A DNA stretch of 64,000 nucleotides from Candidatus Iainarchaeum sp. (GCA_018304425.1 JAGVWE010000005.1:64001-128000); one strand, 5' to 3'; counted from the first letter of the stretch, positions 1 to 10,505 are shown. The notes: a model not told the origin generated them from the sequence alone. Numbers and translations are program-made.

Positions 1-393
1 GCGCGCCAACAACCCCTGTATCCGCTGGACCAAACCATGAAAGGGGCTCTGGGCCCAGGCCAGGGAGAGGATGTCATAGCCGTCCATGCTGAGCACGGTG
101 GGAATTGCGCTCACGATGAAGCGGCTGCTGGCATGAATCAAGTCCACGTCGGGACAGGAAACCCACTCGGTGTGGGGAAACACTTTGATGGAGCGGGGCT
201 GCGCTGGCTGGCCGGGAAAGGAGAAACCCGAAAACCGGTAGAAGTCCTTCCAACCAGCTGGAAAGTGGTAGGTTACCTGCTTGGGCGGGTTTTCCAGGAG
301 GGCTTGCTGGTAGGTCGCGTTGCCGGCGCCCACCGCGCCAAACAACAAGACGTCCAACGTGTTATCGGCCGAATCCAGGCGTTTCCCAGGCAT
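1..393 (-). CDS. partial CDS running off the window edge, possibly a GT4 glycosyltransferase N-terminus
   Basis: Manually translated open frame from ATG at 393: MPGKRLDSADNTLDVLLFG...ALLENPPKQVTYHF...DVDLIHAS; not in the ORF track because it is truncated. Confidence 0.45.
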   Translation of the reverse strand, partial: MPGKRLDSADNTLDVLLFGAVGAGNATYQQALLENPPKQVTYHFPAGWKDFYRFSGFSFPGQPAQPRSIKVFPHTEWVSCPDVDLIHASSRFIVSAIPTVLSMDGYDILSLAWAQSPFHGLVQRIQGLLAR

Positions 394-445
394 TAAACTA
401 CCTGCTTTTGATTACGTTTTTAAATTCATGCCCCACTAATATAGT

Positions 446-1909
446 ATGGTAAAAGCCTCTTCTTCTGATAAATTGCGTCAAGCCCTGGGGTTGACGTTTG
501 ACGATGTCCTGTTGGAGCCCGCTGCCTCTGAAATCCTGCCCAGCCAGGCGGACGTGCGCACCAGGCTCACCAAGCGCCTTTCCCTGAACATCCCCATTCT
601 GTCCGCGGCCATGGACACGGTTACCGAGTCGCGGATGGCCATTGCCATGGCGCGGCAGGGCGGAATCGGCATCATCCACCGCAACCTCTCCATTGAACGA
701 CAGGCCCAGGAAGCTGACAAAGTCAAGCGCGCGGAATTCTATGTGATTGCCGAACCCATCACGGTCTCGCCCAAGGACTCGCTGAAAACAATCTTTGCCT
801 TGCGCAAGCAGCACGGCATCAACTCCTTCCCGGTCGTGCAGAACAACAAGCTGGTGGGCTTGGTGACTTCCAGGGATTTGATGTTCGAGGAAAACCCGGA
901 AACCCTGGTCGAGGAAATCATGACCACCAAGCTCATCACCTGCAACCAGGTGCTGGGCATGGCGGAAGCCAAGGACATCATGCACCAGAACCGCATCGAA
1001 AAGCTGCCTATCGTGGATGCCAAGGGAAGGCTGACTGGCCTGGTCACCGTGAAAGACATTTACAACCGGCAACTGCACCCCGAAGCCAACAAGGACAAGA
1101 AAGGCAGGCTAGTGGTTGGAGCGGCCGTTGGGCCGAACGACGACGAACGGGTGCGGAAGTTGTTGGACGTGGAAGTCGACGTGCTGGTGCTGGACACCTC
1201 GCATGGGCACTCGAAGAACGTGGTCGAGGCCACGCGACGTTACAAGAAGAATTACAAGTGCGAGCTCATTGCAGGCAACGTGGCCACGGAAGCCGCTGCC
1301 CATGACCTCATTGCGGCGGGAGCGGACTGCATCAAGGTGGGAGTCGGCCCCGGCGCGATTTGCACGACCCGCGTGGTTACAGGTGTTGGGGTGCCCCAGA
1401 TTTCGGCCGTGCTGGCCTGCAGCAAGGCGGCCGAGAAGTACCAGGTGCCGCTCATCTCGGATGGCGGGGCCAAGTACAGCGGGGACTTGACCAAGGCGAT
1501 TGCCGCCGGCGCGCATTCCGTGATGCTGGGCAGCCTCCTGGCCGGCTGTGACGAAACACCCGGCAAACTCATTTACTTGAACAACCGCAAGTACAAGCAG
1601 TACCGGGGCATGGGCTCGGTTTCGGCCATGGTGGAGGGTGGCAAGGAACGTTACTTCCAGGGCGACGTGGCGGAGAAGGCCAAGCTGGTTCCCCAGGGCA
1701 TTGAAGGCGTTGTTCCCTACAAGGGCTTGGTCGAGGAAACCATTTACCAGTTGGTGGGCGGGTTGCGGGCCGGCATGGGCTTGTGTGGCGCCAAAACCAT
1801 TGAAGAACTGCGCAGGAAGGGCGTGCTGTTCCGGGTAACCGAGGCCAGTCTCAAAGAATCCCATCCCCACGATGTGACCATCACGGAAGAGGCGCCGAAC
1901 TACTATTAA
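446..1909 (+). CDS. guaB: IMP dehydrogenase with CBS domains
   Basis: [17 protein letters not shown], catalytic [15 protein letters not shown]. Confidence 0.97.
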   Translation: MVKASSSDKLRQALGLTFDDVLLEPAASEILPSQADVRTRLTKRLSLNIPILSAAMDTVTESRMAIAMARQGGIGIIHRNLSIERQAQEADKVKRAEFYVIAEPITVSPKDSLKTIFALRKQHGINSFPVVQNNKLVGLVTSRDLMFEENPETLVEEIMTTKLITCNQVLGMAEAKDIMHQNRIEKLPIVDAKGRLTGLVTVKDIYNRQLHPEANKDKKGRLVVGAAVGPNDDERVRKLLDVEVDVLVLDTSHGHSKNVVEATRRYKKNYKCELIAGNVATEAAAHDLIAAGADCIKVGVGPGAICTTRVVTGVGVPQISAVLACSKAAEKYQVPLISDGGAKYSGDLTKAIAAGAHSVMLGSLLAGCDETPGKLIYLNNRKYKQYRGMGSVSAMVEGGKERYFQGDVAEKAKLVPQGIEGVVPYKGLVEETIYQLVGGLRAGMGLCGAKTIEELRRKGVLFRVTEASLKESHPHDVTITEEAPNYY

Positions 1910-1976
1910 GCGGGTTTCGTTTTTCGAAGCGCAAAGTATATTAATGGGGTAATCATTTACTTATATGGGATAAAGC

Positions 1977-3074
1977 GTGAAATACTATTGGCTGCTGGGC
2001 ATTGGGTTGCTGCTTTACTCGTTGACTGCTTCGGCGGCGGAAACAACCGATTTTTCCGGTGGCGTGTTTGACAGCCCGGATTCCCTGTCCAAGTTCACGG
2101 TGTGGTCCTTCAACTATACGGCCATTCCCACCAATAAATTCGATGAAACCAAGGTCTTTTTCGGCCCGGCCGGGGCAAAACTCGACGACGACAAGTATTT
2201 GGTGGGGGTATTGACCAATACCGGGGTTTTTAGCCCGAACCCGCTCACGGGAAAGGGCGTGGTAGCCTACTTTGTGCGGGACAATAGCCCAGGGGATGTT
2301 GATGGGTTGACCGTGTACGTGACCCACATGGGCTTGCAGGAAGGCGAGTATGCCTTGCTGGCCCTGGCCTATGACGATAAACTGTTGCGGGACACCAGCG
2401 AGACCAAGGTAAAGGTCATCAACCCGGTGGCAAAGCCGGAAGTGGACCAGACCACGCAGAAGTTGACCGAAGCAACCACGCAATTGGAGTCCTTGAAGGA
2501 GTCCAAGGAGCAAATCAGCAAGAAATTCAATGACTTGCTGGATGTCTCCAAGCAATCCTATGAGGAATTGAACCACAAACTGGACTCGCTGAGTGAAGCC
2601 ATTTCAGGGGTCCAGACCCAAACTGACGCCTTGGACGACCAGACCAAGACGGCGTTGACGGAAATGCAGTCCAACGTCAAAGGCATTCAATCGGAGGTCC
2701 AAGGCCTTCTTGCGGAAAACGTGAAGCAAAAAGAGGAAGCCACCAAGGCAGGTTTCCTTAACTTGAGCGCGTTAGGAGCGTATGGCTCCCAGGCCCTGGT
2801 GGGCATTGTGATTGCGGCCATCCTGGCAGGTGGCCTCCTGGCGTGGAAAACCCGGAAGTCGGACAGCAAGCTGTCGGACTCGGACTTTGAAAGCAGCTTG
2901 GGCGGCGGGCTGGCCAGCTGGGGCGGGTCTTCCAAGGAATCAAAGCCATCGCCTGGCCTCCAATCCAGTGGCGCGCACGGTAAGTGGGCCATGCCCGGCG
3001 CTGGTTTGTCTGCCCAAAGTTCTAGGGCTGGTTCAAGCCGGAAGTTCGGCATGGGTTCCCTGGTCCGCAAGTAA
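1977..3074 (+). CDS. exported coiled-coil protein with C-terminal membrane anchor
   Basis: N-terminal signal peptide, heptad-rich middle, TM segment ALVGIVIAAILAGGLLAW, low-complexity S/G tail; GTG start. Confidence 0.75.
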   Translation: MKYYWLLGIGLLLYSLTASAAETTDFSGGVFDSPDSLSKFTVWSFNYTAIPTNKFDETKVFFGPAGAKLDDDKYLVGVLTNTGVFSPNPLTGKGVVAYFVRDNSPGDVDGLTVYVTHMGLQEGEYALLALAYDDKLLRDTSETKVKVINPVAKPEVDQTTQKLTEATTQLESLKESKEQISKKFNDLLDVSKQSYEELNHKLDSLSEAISGVQTQTDALDDQTKTALTEMQSNVKGIQSEVQGLLAENVKQKEEATKAGFLNLSALGAYGSQALVGIVIAAILAGGLLAWKTRKSDSKLSDSDFESSLGGGLASWGGSSKESKPSPGLQSSGAHGKWAMPGAGLSAQSSRAGSSRKFGMGSLVRK

Positions 3075-3539
3075 GGAAAGTTCAATCGTTTTCCCTGTTT
3101 TTAACCCGTTTTCCCGTGCATAGCCGGCCGGCACTTCCAAGGCATAGCGGGCAGGCGTGGATGGCGCGAATACCTCGCAGGGCTCTTGCCGGCAGGGGGG
3201 CAGGTTTTCCTCCAATGCCATGATTTTTCCCGTGGAATCCAGCCAGAGGATGTCAATCGGGAACCGCATGTCCTTCATCCAGATGGCGTGCTTGGCTTCT
3301 ACGGGGAAGACGAGGAGCAGGCCCGTGTTTTTTTCCAGGCCCGGGCGGTGCATGAGCCCCTCCCGGAGCCCGGCCGGAGTGGACACCACTTCCAAGCGAA
3401 TGCATTTGTCCATGGATGCGCAGGCGCGTGGCACGAATTCACCTGGTTCGCCGTTAAATGCGGGTTGCAGGCAACCGGACAGCAGTGCAAAAAAGGCCAG
3501 CAAGGCCAGGGTTTCGCGCATGAAATTTTTGGGGGGCAA
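3033..3539 (-). CDS. DUF192 family lipoprotein
   Basis: GLMHR, GLLLVF, IWMKDMRFPIDILWLD, YALEVPAG; lipobox-like LLSGC; start may be 3521. Confidence 0.85.
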   Translation of the reverse strand: MPPKNFMRETLALLAFFALLSGCLQPAFNGEPGEFVPRACASMDKCIRLEVVSTPAGLREGLMHRPGLEKNTGLLLVFPVEAKHAIWMKDMRFPIDILWLDSTGKIMALEENLPPCRQEPCEVFAPSTPARYALEVPAGYARENGLKTGKTIELSLLADQGTHAELPA

Positions 3540-3795
3540 AAAGTTTTTACGCGCATGCTACATGAAAAAAGGCCTGTTTGCATCCCAAAAGAAAGGGAAC
3601 CTGGTTAGGTTCAAATCTGAACCGACTTCCTTTTGTGCGCAGCCAAAAGTTCGGATTACTGCGTTTATTCGGCCAAAAATTAGTTTATCGAATCACTAGA
3701 GGGCCATAATACAAGTTTTTAAATAAAGCACGTAATAAGGATAGTGCAATTGTTTTGAATCCAAACTTAATCGGGGAAAAGAGAGTTTTCGGGGG

Positions 3796-6423
3796 ATGTC
3801 TATGAATGCGAAGCGAATCACGGTAGTCAAGAAACGCGATGGCAGGGTCATGCCCTTTACCCCGGAAAAAATCACCAAGGCCATCTATAAGGCTGCCAAA
3901 TCAGTGGGCGGCAGGGATTATGCCCTGGCCCAAAAGCTGTCCCAGAAGGTCATGGAAGAGCTTTCCCATGGCCTTGAAGAAAACGAAATCCCCGAAATCG
4001 AACGCATCCAGGACACGGTTGAAAAAGTGCTCATTGAGGCCGGGCACGCCCGCACGGCCAAGGCCTACATCCTTTACCGGCAGCAGCGCGCCGAACTCAG
4101 GAAGGAAAAGTCCCTGGTGCTGGAGAAAACCGAGATCGATGAAATCGACAAACGCTTTGACTTGAATGCCTTGCGCGTGCTGAAATCCCGTTACCTGCGC
4201 AAGGATGCCGCCGGGCACCTGCTGGAGACGCCGAAGCAATTGTTTTCCCGGGTGGCCATTCACGGCGCGTTGCCAGACCTCCTGGCCGACACCCGCGTCT
4301 ACGACTGGCACGGCAAGCAAAAAGCCCATCCCCTGGAGGCCTTTGACAACGAAAAATACGGGGGCAAGCTGTTCGTCGGCCCCTATGCCTTGAACGCCTA
4401 CCACTTGGAGGCCCTCAAACGGGTCTACGACCGCCACAACGCGGACAAGAAAATGAAGGTGGCCTGGGGCAAGTTCCTCGAGATGCTGAAAGGCGGGGAA
4501 TTCAATGACCACGCGAAGGACATCGATGCCTACTTCGATTTGATGACGGAAAGGAAGTTCGAGCCCAATACCCCGGCGATAGCCAATTTTGGCAACCCCC
4601 TGGGCATGGGTTCGGCCTGTTTTGTCATGGACGTGAAGGACTCCATTGAGGACATCATGGAGACCTTGAAGCAGACCTCCATCATCTTCAAGGCCGGCGG
4701 CGGCATGGGTTATAATTTTTCCAAGCTCCGGCCCGAAGGCGACTTCGTCAGTTCCACGACCGGCATTGCCTCTGGCCCCCTGAGTTTCATGCGGTTGTTT
4801 GACACCATGACGGAAGTTATCAAACAAGGGGGAATCCGGCGGGGCGCCAACATGGGCATCCTGAACTCCAACCATCCGGACATCGAGAAGTTCATCAAAG
4901 CCAAGGAAGGCAACAAGGCCTTGAGGAACTTCAACATCTCGGTCCTGGTCATGGCGGACTTCTGGGACCATTACAACCAGGACAAGCCCTATCCCTTGAC
5001 CAACCCGAGAAGCGGGGAAGTAGTGCGGACCGTGGACCCAAGGCGGCTGTTCGACATGATCGTCTACCAGGCCTGGGAATCCGCCGAGCCCGGAGTCATT
5101 TTCTTCGACCACGTCAACAAGTACAATCCCTTCTACGAGTACCTGGGCCCCATTGTCACGACCAACCCCTGTGGAGAGGTCCTGCTCTACCCCAATGAGT
5201 CCTGCAACCTGGGCAGCATCAATGTCTGGGCGTTTGCCCAGGAACACGAGGACGGCACCACAACCGTTGACTGGGATGGCATGAAGGACGTGGTGCTAAC
5301 CGCTTCCAAGTTCCTGGACAACGTCATCGAAGTCAACAAGTTTCCCTTGCCGGCCGTGGAGCGCATGGCCTTGGACACCCGCAAGATCGGCTTGGGCATC
5401 ATGGGCTTTGGCGACCTCTTGTACGAGTTAAAGCTCGGGTATGACACGGAAGAGGGCCGGAAGTTCGGCGAGCAATTGGCGGAGTTCGTCAACTATTACT
5501 CGAAAGTCGAGTCCATCGAGCTCGCGAAGACGCGGGGAAACCTGCCCTTCTACGACAAGAGCTTTTACCCGGAGGGAAAACTGCCTTTCTCGGCTTCCGA
5601 GGACAAGAGCAGTTGGCACTTTGACTGGGAACAGGTCGCGAAGGATGTCCAGAAATACGGGGTCCGCAACGGTTATACCACGGTCATCGCCCCCACCGGC
5701 AGCATTTCCATGATTGCGGGCTGCAGTTCCGGCATCGAGCCCGTGTTCAGCCTGGTCTTCGAGAAAAACGTGAAAGTCGGCAGCTTTTACTACGTGGACC
5801 CGGTCTTCGAACGCGTCATGAAGCAGGAAGGCTTGTACGACGAGCAGCTCATGGACGACATCTGCAAGAACGAGGGCAGCCTCCAAAACATTGCCTACAT
5901 GCCGCCCGAACTCAAGAAGACCTTTGTTACGGCACGTGACTTGAAACCCGAGGACCACATCCGCATGCTGGCAGCCTTCCAGCGGTGGGTGGACTCCAGC
6001 ATTTCCAAGACCAACAACTTCCCGACGGACGCGACCGTGGAAGACATGCGGAAGAGCTACCTGCTGGCCTACCAGTTGGGATGCAAGGACGTCACGGTTT
6101 ACCGCGACAACTCCATCAAGAACCAGGTCTTGAACGCACCCAAGAAAAAGGTGGAAACCGTGGAGGCCATGCCTGCACAACCATCGCATGGGCAGCCGAT
6201 GGCCGTAACGGCCCAAGCGGCTCCCAAGGGGATGCTCACCCAAGCCACGTACACGGGCAGCAGCACGTTGCTCTTGTCGAACCCTGCAGGCGGCCAGCTC
6301 CCCACCGTGCCATCCAACGGCAAGTTCGGGGACTTGAAGAACTGCCCGGAGTGCAGCACGAGCCTGAAGATTGCGGAGGGCTGCACGAGTTGCGTGGAAT
6401 GCGGTTGGGCGCTGTGCAAATAG
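3796..6423 (+). CDS. nrdJ: adenosylcobalamin-dependent (class II) ribonucleotide reductase with ATP-cone and C-terminal Zn-ribbon
   Basis: VKKRDG ATP-cone, SACFV, GGIRRGANM, TNPCGE, IAPTGSIS, ISKTNN, terminal CPEC..EGC..C..CG. Confidence 0.93.
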   Translation: MSMNAKRITVVKKRDGRVMPFTPEKITKAIYKAAKSVGGRDYALAQKLSQKVMEELSHGLEENEIPEIERIQDTVEKVLIEAGHARTAKAYILYRQQRAELRKEKSLVLEKTEIDEIDKRFDLNALRVLKSRYLRKDAAGHLLETPKQLFSRVAIHGALPDLLADTRVYDWHGKQKAHPLEAFDNEKYGGKLFVGPYALNAYHLEALKRVYDRHNADKKMKVAWGKFLEMLKGGEFNDHAKDIDAYFDLMTERKFEPNTPAIANFGNPLGMGSACFVMDVKDSIEDIMETLKQTSIIFKAGGGMGYNFSKLRPEGDFVSSTTGIASGPLSFMRLFDTMTEVIKQGGIRRGANMGILNSNHPDIEKFIKAKEGNKALRNFNISVLVMADFWDHYNQDKPYPLTNPRSGEVVRTVDPRRLFDMIVYQAWESAEPGVIFFDHVNKYNPFYEYLGPIVTTNPCGEVLLYPNESCNLGSINVWAFAQEHEDGTTTVDWDGMKDVVLTASKFLDNVIEVNKFPLPAVERMALDTRKIGLGIMGFGDLLYELKLGYDTEEGRKFGEQLAEFVNYYSKVESIELAKTRGNLPFYDKSFYPEGKLPFSASEDKSSWHFDWEQVAKDVQKYGVRNGYTTVIAPTGSISMIAGCSSGIEPVFSLVFEKNVKVGSFYYVDPVFERVMKQEGLYDEQLMDDICKNEGSLQNIAYMPPELKKTFVTARDLKPEDHIRMLAAFQRWVDSSISKTNNFPTDATVEDMRKSYLLAYQLGCKDVTVYRDNSIKNQVLNAPKKKVETVEAMPAQPSHGQPMAVTAQAAPKGMLTQATYTGSSTLLLSNPAGGQLPTVPSNGKFGDLKNCPECSTSLKIAEGCTSCVECGWALCK

Positions 6424-6506
6424 GAACCGCCAGCGGGTTCCTATTACCTCCCGCAACCACCGCGGCCTTTTTCTTTCTTTTCGTGGGAGAAGAGGTAGGG
6501 GAATAC

Positions 6507-7061
6507 ATGCCATCCAAACCCAGTTTTGGCCTGGTGCAAGTGTTTTGGGGGAACGGCAAGGGCAAGACCACGGCAGCCATTGGAGAGGGTTTAAGGGCAT
6601 TGGGAAGGGGTTTCAAGGTGCATCTCTTGCAGTTCATGAAGTGCGGAATCGAGGGCAACCAGGATTTTCAAGAGTACGGGGAACTCCTGGCCTTGAAGCA
6701 ATTTCCGGGGTTCACGCTGGAGCGGTATGGCAGCCCCTCCTGGGTCATCGGAAAACCCAAACCCGCGCACCTGAAAGCAGCGGCCGAGGCACTGGCGGCC
6801 ACAAAAAAAGCGGTTGCCTCTGGAGAATTCGATATGGTTATCATTGATGAAATCTTGTACGCGGTACAGTTAGGGCTAATCCGGGAAAGCGACGTACTCG
6901 ACGTCATCCAAGCCAAGGCCAAGGACACCGAGCTCCTCTTGACCGGCAGCCACCAGGAACTGAAGGCCGTCAACGACGCTGCTGACCTGGTTACCCACCT
7001 CCAAAAAATGAAGCATCCCTTCGACCAAGGCATCCTGGCACGCGTCGGCACCGAGTTCTGA
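6507..7061 (+). CDS. cobO: cob(I)alamin adenosyltransferase (CobO/BtuR type)
   Basis: GNGKGKTTAAIG, QFMK, IIDEI, LLLTG, KHPF..G..A..G; start reassigned to ATG 6507. Confidence 0.92.
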   Translation: MPSKPSFGLVQVFWGNGKGKTTAAIGEGLRALGRGFKVHLLQFMKCGIEGNQDFQEYGELLALKQFPGFTLERYGSPSWVIGKPKPAHLKAAAEALAATKKAVASGEFDMVIIDEILYAVQLGLIRESDVLDVIQAKAKDTELLLTGSHQELKAVNDAADLVTHLQKMKHPFDQGILARVGTEF

Positions 7062-7070
7062 GGCAAAACC

Positions 7071-7772
7071 ATGCACGCACAACAAATCCAACTCCAAGAA
7101 GAGAAACCGTTGAGGCCTGCAGTCACGAAAAAAATCGAGGCGCTGGGCAAGGAAATAGAGGGCGTTAAAACCGAGCGGGAACTAAAGGACTTTGCCTTGT
7201 TCTTCGGCCTCTTGGCTGCCTCGGTCCTTGGCCGCGTGGCCTTGAAGTACGTTCCCTCCGGCCTCCCCTCCGTGGAACCCATCATCCCCTTCGCGGTGCT
7301 GGCCGGCCTCCTCTTCGGCGTCAAGGAAGGCTTCGTCTTGGGCAGTTCCGCTTACGTGGTCTCCAATTTCTTCGTGCCCGGCCTCCAAGGCCCTTGGACG
7401 GTCTTCCAAGCCCTGGGAGCCGGTTTGGCTGGCTTGTTTGGCGGCGTGCACCGGGGTTTCGGAAAGCCCACCGGCAAAGCCCTGATAGCGTTAACGGTTT
7501 TCGGAACCCTCGTGTTCGAGTTAATCGTGAACGTGTCCGGCGGCCTGCTCGGCATCGGATGGTTTACGGGCCTGATGGGGTTGCCCCTTTACTTCCTGAC
7601 TTCGCTGCCCTTTTCCGCCGTGCACACCCTGACTAACGCGGGCTTTGCTGCGTTCTTGAAGCCCCTGCTTTCGCTGAGGAAAAACGATGAACAAAAATTC
7701 AGCCTGGTCAGCCTTACTCGTGCTGTTAACGGTAAGCGCCTTACTGTCCGGATGCTTAAGTCAAACGAATGA
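7071..7772 (+). CDS. ECF-type S-component, CbrT-like (probable cobalamin)
   Basis: About 6 TM segments; LPSVEP, SNFF..G.QGPWT..Q, SLPF...H...N motifs; context next to nrdJ and cobO. Confidence 0.75.
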   Translation: MHAQQIQLQEEKPLRPAVTKKIEALGKEIEGVKTERELKDFALFFGLLAASVLGRVALKYVPSGLPSVEPIIPFAVLAGLLFGVKEGFVLGSSAYVVSNFFVPGLQGPWTVFQALGAGLAGLFGGVHRGFGKPTGKALIALTVFGTLVFELIVNVSGGLLGIGWFTGLMGLPLYFLTSLPFSAVHTLTNAGFAAFLKPLLSLRKNDEQKFSLVSLTRAVNGKRLTVRMLKSNE

Positions 7773-8085
7773 CGGCACCCAACCGGTTTCGGTCTCCGTT
7801 TCCGTGGTGGCGGACGGGCAAGTGCTGGCCCAGGCAAGCGGTTCCTTTCCTGCGGGCACCACGGCCTTGGATGCCTTGAAGCCACTCATTCCCTTGGCCT
7901 ACACGGACTCCCCCCTGGGAGCCTTTGTGACTTCGGTGGCAGGCAAGCCCGCGCCCGACGATTACTATTGGGCGCTCTACGTGGACGACGAGTACGCGAA
8001 GGTCGGCGTGAGCATGCTTCGACTGGAAAAAGAAACGCGCCTCGAGTGGCGGCTGGAAAAAATCGTAGACGCGCAGGTGAGCTGA
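7687..8085 (+). CDS. DUF4430 (transcobalamin beta-domain-like) lipoprotein
   Basis: Lipobox LLSGC; TALDAL, GAFVTSVAG, YWALYVD....VGVS. Confidence 0.8.
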   Translation: MNKNSAWSALLVLLTVSALLSGCLSQTNDGTQPVSVSVSVVADGQVLAQASGSFPAGTTALDALKPLIPLAYTDSPLGAFVTSVAGKPAPDDYYWALYVDDEYAKVGVSMLRLEKETRLEWRLEKIVDAQVS

Positions 8086-8570
8086 TGGCCAAGCCCAGCG
8101 AGGACCGCTTTTTCTTGCTGCTCCTGGTAGCCGTGTTGGGCCGGCTCCTCCTCCTGCCCCTGCCCTCCATCAAGCCCATCCTTCCGATCATCGTCTTCAC
8201 GGCCCTCTCCCTGGGCCTGGACCAGGGCCTCTTGATGGCGTTCCTAGGGTTTTTCCTCTCCAACCTGGTCATTGACGGCATCTCCGGCTATGGCTTTGGG
8301 AGTTGGACGATTTACCAGGTCCTGGGCGGGGCCTTGGCTGCCTACACCGCCACCCTGGTCGCTGGGCGCAGGCCCGTGACTTCCATGGACCTCGTCAACG
8401 CCACCCTGGCCGGCACCCTGGTCTTCGAGCTCACCATCAACTTCGGCAGCGCAGGAGGCCTGGACATCGAATACTTTTTGGGCTCGCTGCCCTTTGCTTT
8501 GGCCCACCTGGCGGGAAACCTGGTGTTCGCCGTCCTCTTGAGCGGGTTTTTGCCGAAGACTTCACATTAG
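8085..8570 (+). CDS. second CbrT-like ECF S-component
   Basis: LPSIKP, SNL, G.WT.YQ, SLPF...H..GN, paralogous to 7071-7772; ATG 8085 overlaps the previous TGA. Confidence 0.72.
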   Translation: MAKPSEDRFFLLLLVAVLGRLLLLPLPSIKPILPIIVFTALSLGLDQGLLMAFLGFFLSNLVIDGISGYGFGSWTIYQVLGGALAAYTATLVAGRRPVTSMDLVNATLAGTLVFELTINFGSAGGLDIEYFLGSLPFALAHLAGNLVFAVLLSGFLPKTSH

Positions 8571-9212
8571 TTGGCTGAACGCAACGGCCAGCACCAACGC
8601 AGGCAGGTAGTTCGCGACTTTCACGGGCTTGAGTTCCAGGAGGTTCAGGGCCAGGCCCAGCAGGAGGATGCTGCTGACACCGGTCAGGTTGGCGAGGGCG
8701 TGCGGGGAGAAAAATGGTTTGAGCGTGCCAGCGAGCAACGTCAATCCCCCTTGGAACAACAGAAGCGGTACGGCGGTCAAGGCGATGATCGGGCCCGCGG
8801 TGGCGGCGAAGGCCACCGCGGAAAAGAAGTCCAGAGCCGACTTGGAGTACAGCAGGCTGGCGTCTCCCTTCAAGCCGTCGTTGAGCGCACCCAGAATGGT
8901 GAGGGGGCCGACGCAGAACAAGAGAAAGGTGTTGAGCACCAGGCTCATGCCTTGCTCGCCGGTCGCGGGCGCGTGCCTGGTCAAGGACTGCAAGCGCGCA
9001 TCAATTCGCAGGCGCTCGCCGAGCGCGTGGCCGCCCAAAAGGCTGACCAGGACCACCAACGGGTTTTGGGCGGCGGACACGCCTTGGATGGCCAGGTACA
9101 AGGTCAACAATCCGATTGCGGCGAACTGGGCCTGACTAGTTTTCAGCCGCAGCCTAGCCCCCAACAAGCCCCCGGCGGCGACAGCGATGGTGTTTACCAC
9201 GGTTCCGAGCAT
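8562..9212 (-). CDS. DUF554 (YdfK/YqgA-like) membrane protein
   Basis: MLGTVVN, LFCVGPLTILG, KSALD, ANYLPAL. Confidence 0.85.
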   Translation of the reverse strand: MLGTVVNTIAVAAGGLLGARLRLKTSQAQFAAIGLLTLYLAIQGVSAAQNPLVVLVSLLGGHALGERLRIDARLQSLTRHAPATGEQGMSLVLNTFLLFCVGPLTILGALNDGLKGDASLLYSKSALDFFSAVAFAATAGPIIALTAVPLLLFQGGLTLLAGTLKPFFSPHALANLTGVSSILLLGLALNLLELKPVKVANYLPALVLAVAFSQLM

Positions 9213-9298
9213 ACAATACTAGGGTTCGACCAACTAATTAGTCCTGCGCCTGGAGAAAACCCAGCTATTTATCATCCTTTTGCTGGAAAAACAATAAT

Positions 9299-9733
9299 AT
9301 GGATGAATTGGACCAGAAATTGGTGGAATTGCTTGCCCTAGACAGCCGCATCAAGGTGGCTGGGTTGGCCAAGAAGCTGAAAATACCGGCTTCCACGGCT
9401 GCCGCGCGGGTGGTGAAGCTCGTCAAGAGCGGGTTCCTCAAGCGGTTCACCATCGAATTGGATTACGAGAAGGCCGGCAAACCGTTGTTGGCCTTGTGCC
9501 AGGTGAGCGTGAGGCACTCCAAGAACGATCCCGACCAGACCATCCAAGCGCTGCTCAAGCTGGCGGACGTCCAGGAAATCTATTCCACGACCGGGGAATG
9601 GGATTTCACCATCGTCATCCGCACCCAAGACATCAAGTCCCTGAAGAAGCTGGTCACGTACGACCTCAAGGCCTCGCTGCCCGACATCGTGCGCTCGAAC
9701 ACGCTGATTGCGTTGGAATACGGGAAGAAATGA
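9299..9733 (+). CDS. Lrp/AsnC family regulator
   Basis: MDELDQK..L..DSR HTH, TTGEWDF RAM domain. Confidence 0.9.
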   Translation: MDELDQKLVELLALDSRIKVAGLAKKLKIPASTAAARVVKLVKSGFLKRFTIELDYEKAGKPLLALCQVSVRHSKNDPDQTIQALLKLADVQEIYSTTGEWDFTIVIRTQDIKSLKKLVTYDLKASLPDIVRSNTLIALEYGKK

Positions 9734-9734
9734 G

Positions 9735-10505
9735 TTAGAAAATATCTGGATGAAATAGCGCGGCCAACCGCTTCGCCCCTTCGCCGAGGCGGGGGTCCGG
9801 GCTGTTGAGATAATTGTCGTCCAGCGAGTGCACGCGCCCGGTCTTGATGGCCGTGATGCCCTGCCAGCCTTCGCGGTTGCGAATCACACCCAAATCTTCC
9901 TTGCCACAGAACCCGCACCAGGCCGCAACGATGACCTCGGGGTCGAATTGCTGGACTTGTTCGGTGGACACCGGAGCCGAACGCATGCCGGGCCCGGCCA
10001 GCCCCGAGATGCCGCCCGCGGTTTCCACGATTTCGGGCACCCAGTTGCCGGAAGCGGTGGGCGGCTTGTGCCATTCCTCGACGTAGACGCGTTTCCTGGG
10101 CAGGCCCCGGGTCTGCTGCTGGATCCCCCTTAACTGCCTTTGAACCAGGTGCTGCAAGTCTTTGCCTGTTTGTGGCTCGCCCAAGGCCTTGCCGAGGTCG
10201 GCAAACGACTGCAAGACGTCTGACAAATCTTTCGGGTCGACGTGGAACACTTTCAACCCCCTTTCTTCCAAGACATCGGCAATGCGTTCCTGCAAGAACG
10301 TCGAGGTCAACACCAGGTCGGGCTTCAAGGCCGCGACCTTGTCGTAGTCCACGTCCAGCCAGCCCCCGACGATTACGGGCGGTTTCTTGGCGTCGAACTT
10401 CGGACAGAACCGCGTGCAGCCGACGATTTTGTCCTGCAAGCCCAGGCCCAAAACGATTTGCGTGTTGCTCGGCGCAAGCGAAACGATTTTCTTCGGTTCA
10501 GCCAA
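9735..10505 (-). CDS. btuF: BtuF-like cobalamin-binding protein
   Basis: KIVSLAPSNT, ALKPDLVL, W..EIVETAGG, DPEVI, P.PRL.EG; probable TTG start at 10505 overlapping the DUF309 stop. Confidence 0.75.
   Translation of the reverse strand: MAEPKKIVSLAPSNTQIVLGLGLQDKIVGCTRFCPKFDAKKPPVIVGGWLDVDYDKVAALKPDLVLTSTFLQERIADVLEERGLKVFHVDPKDLSDVLQSFADLGKALGEPQTGKDLQHLVQRQLRGIQQQTRGLPRKRVYVEEWHKPPTASGNWVPEIVETAGGISGLAGPGMRSAPVSTEQVQQFDPEVIVAAWCGFCGKEDLGVIRNREGWQGITAIKTGRVHSLDDNYLNSPDPRLGEGAKRLAALFHPDIF

Noticed and set aside
3588-3636. AAAGGGAA...GGTTCAAATCTGAACC...TTCCTTTT upstream of nrdJ as a cobalamin riboswitch
   Set aside because: It forms a hairpin but lacks the downstream GCCACTG/GGGAAG B12-box elements and lies upstream of the apparent nrdJ TATA (about 3716-3725)
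5985-6506. N-terminal extensions in the ORF track for cobO (also hom, folC, ppsA, btuF, pilin)
   Set aside because: They overlap neighbouring genes; homology begins at downstream starts, so these are not real fusions
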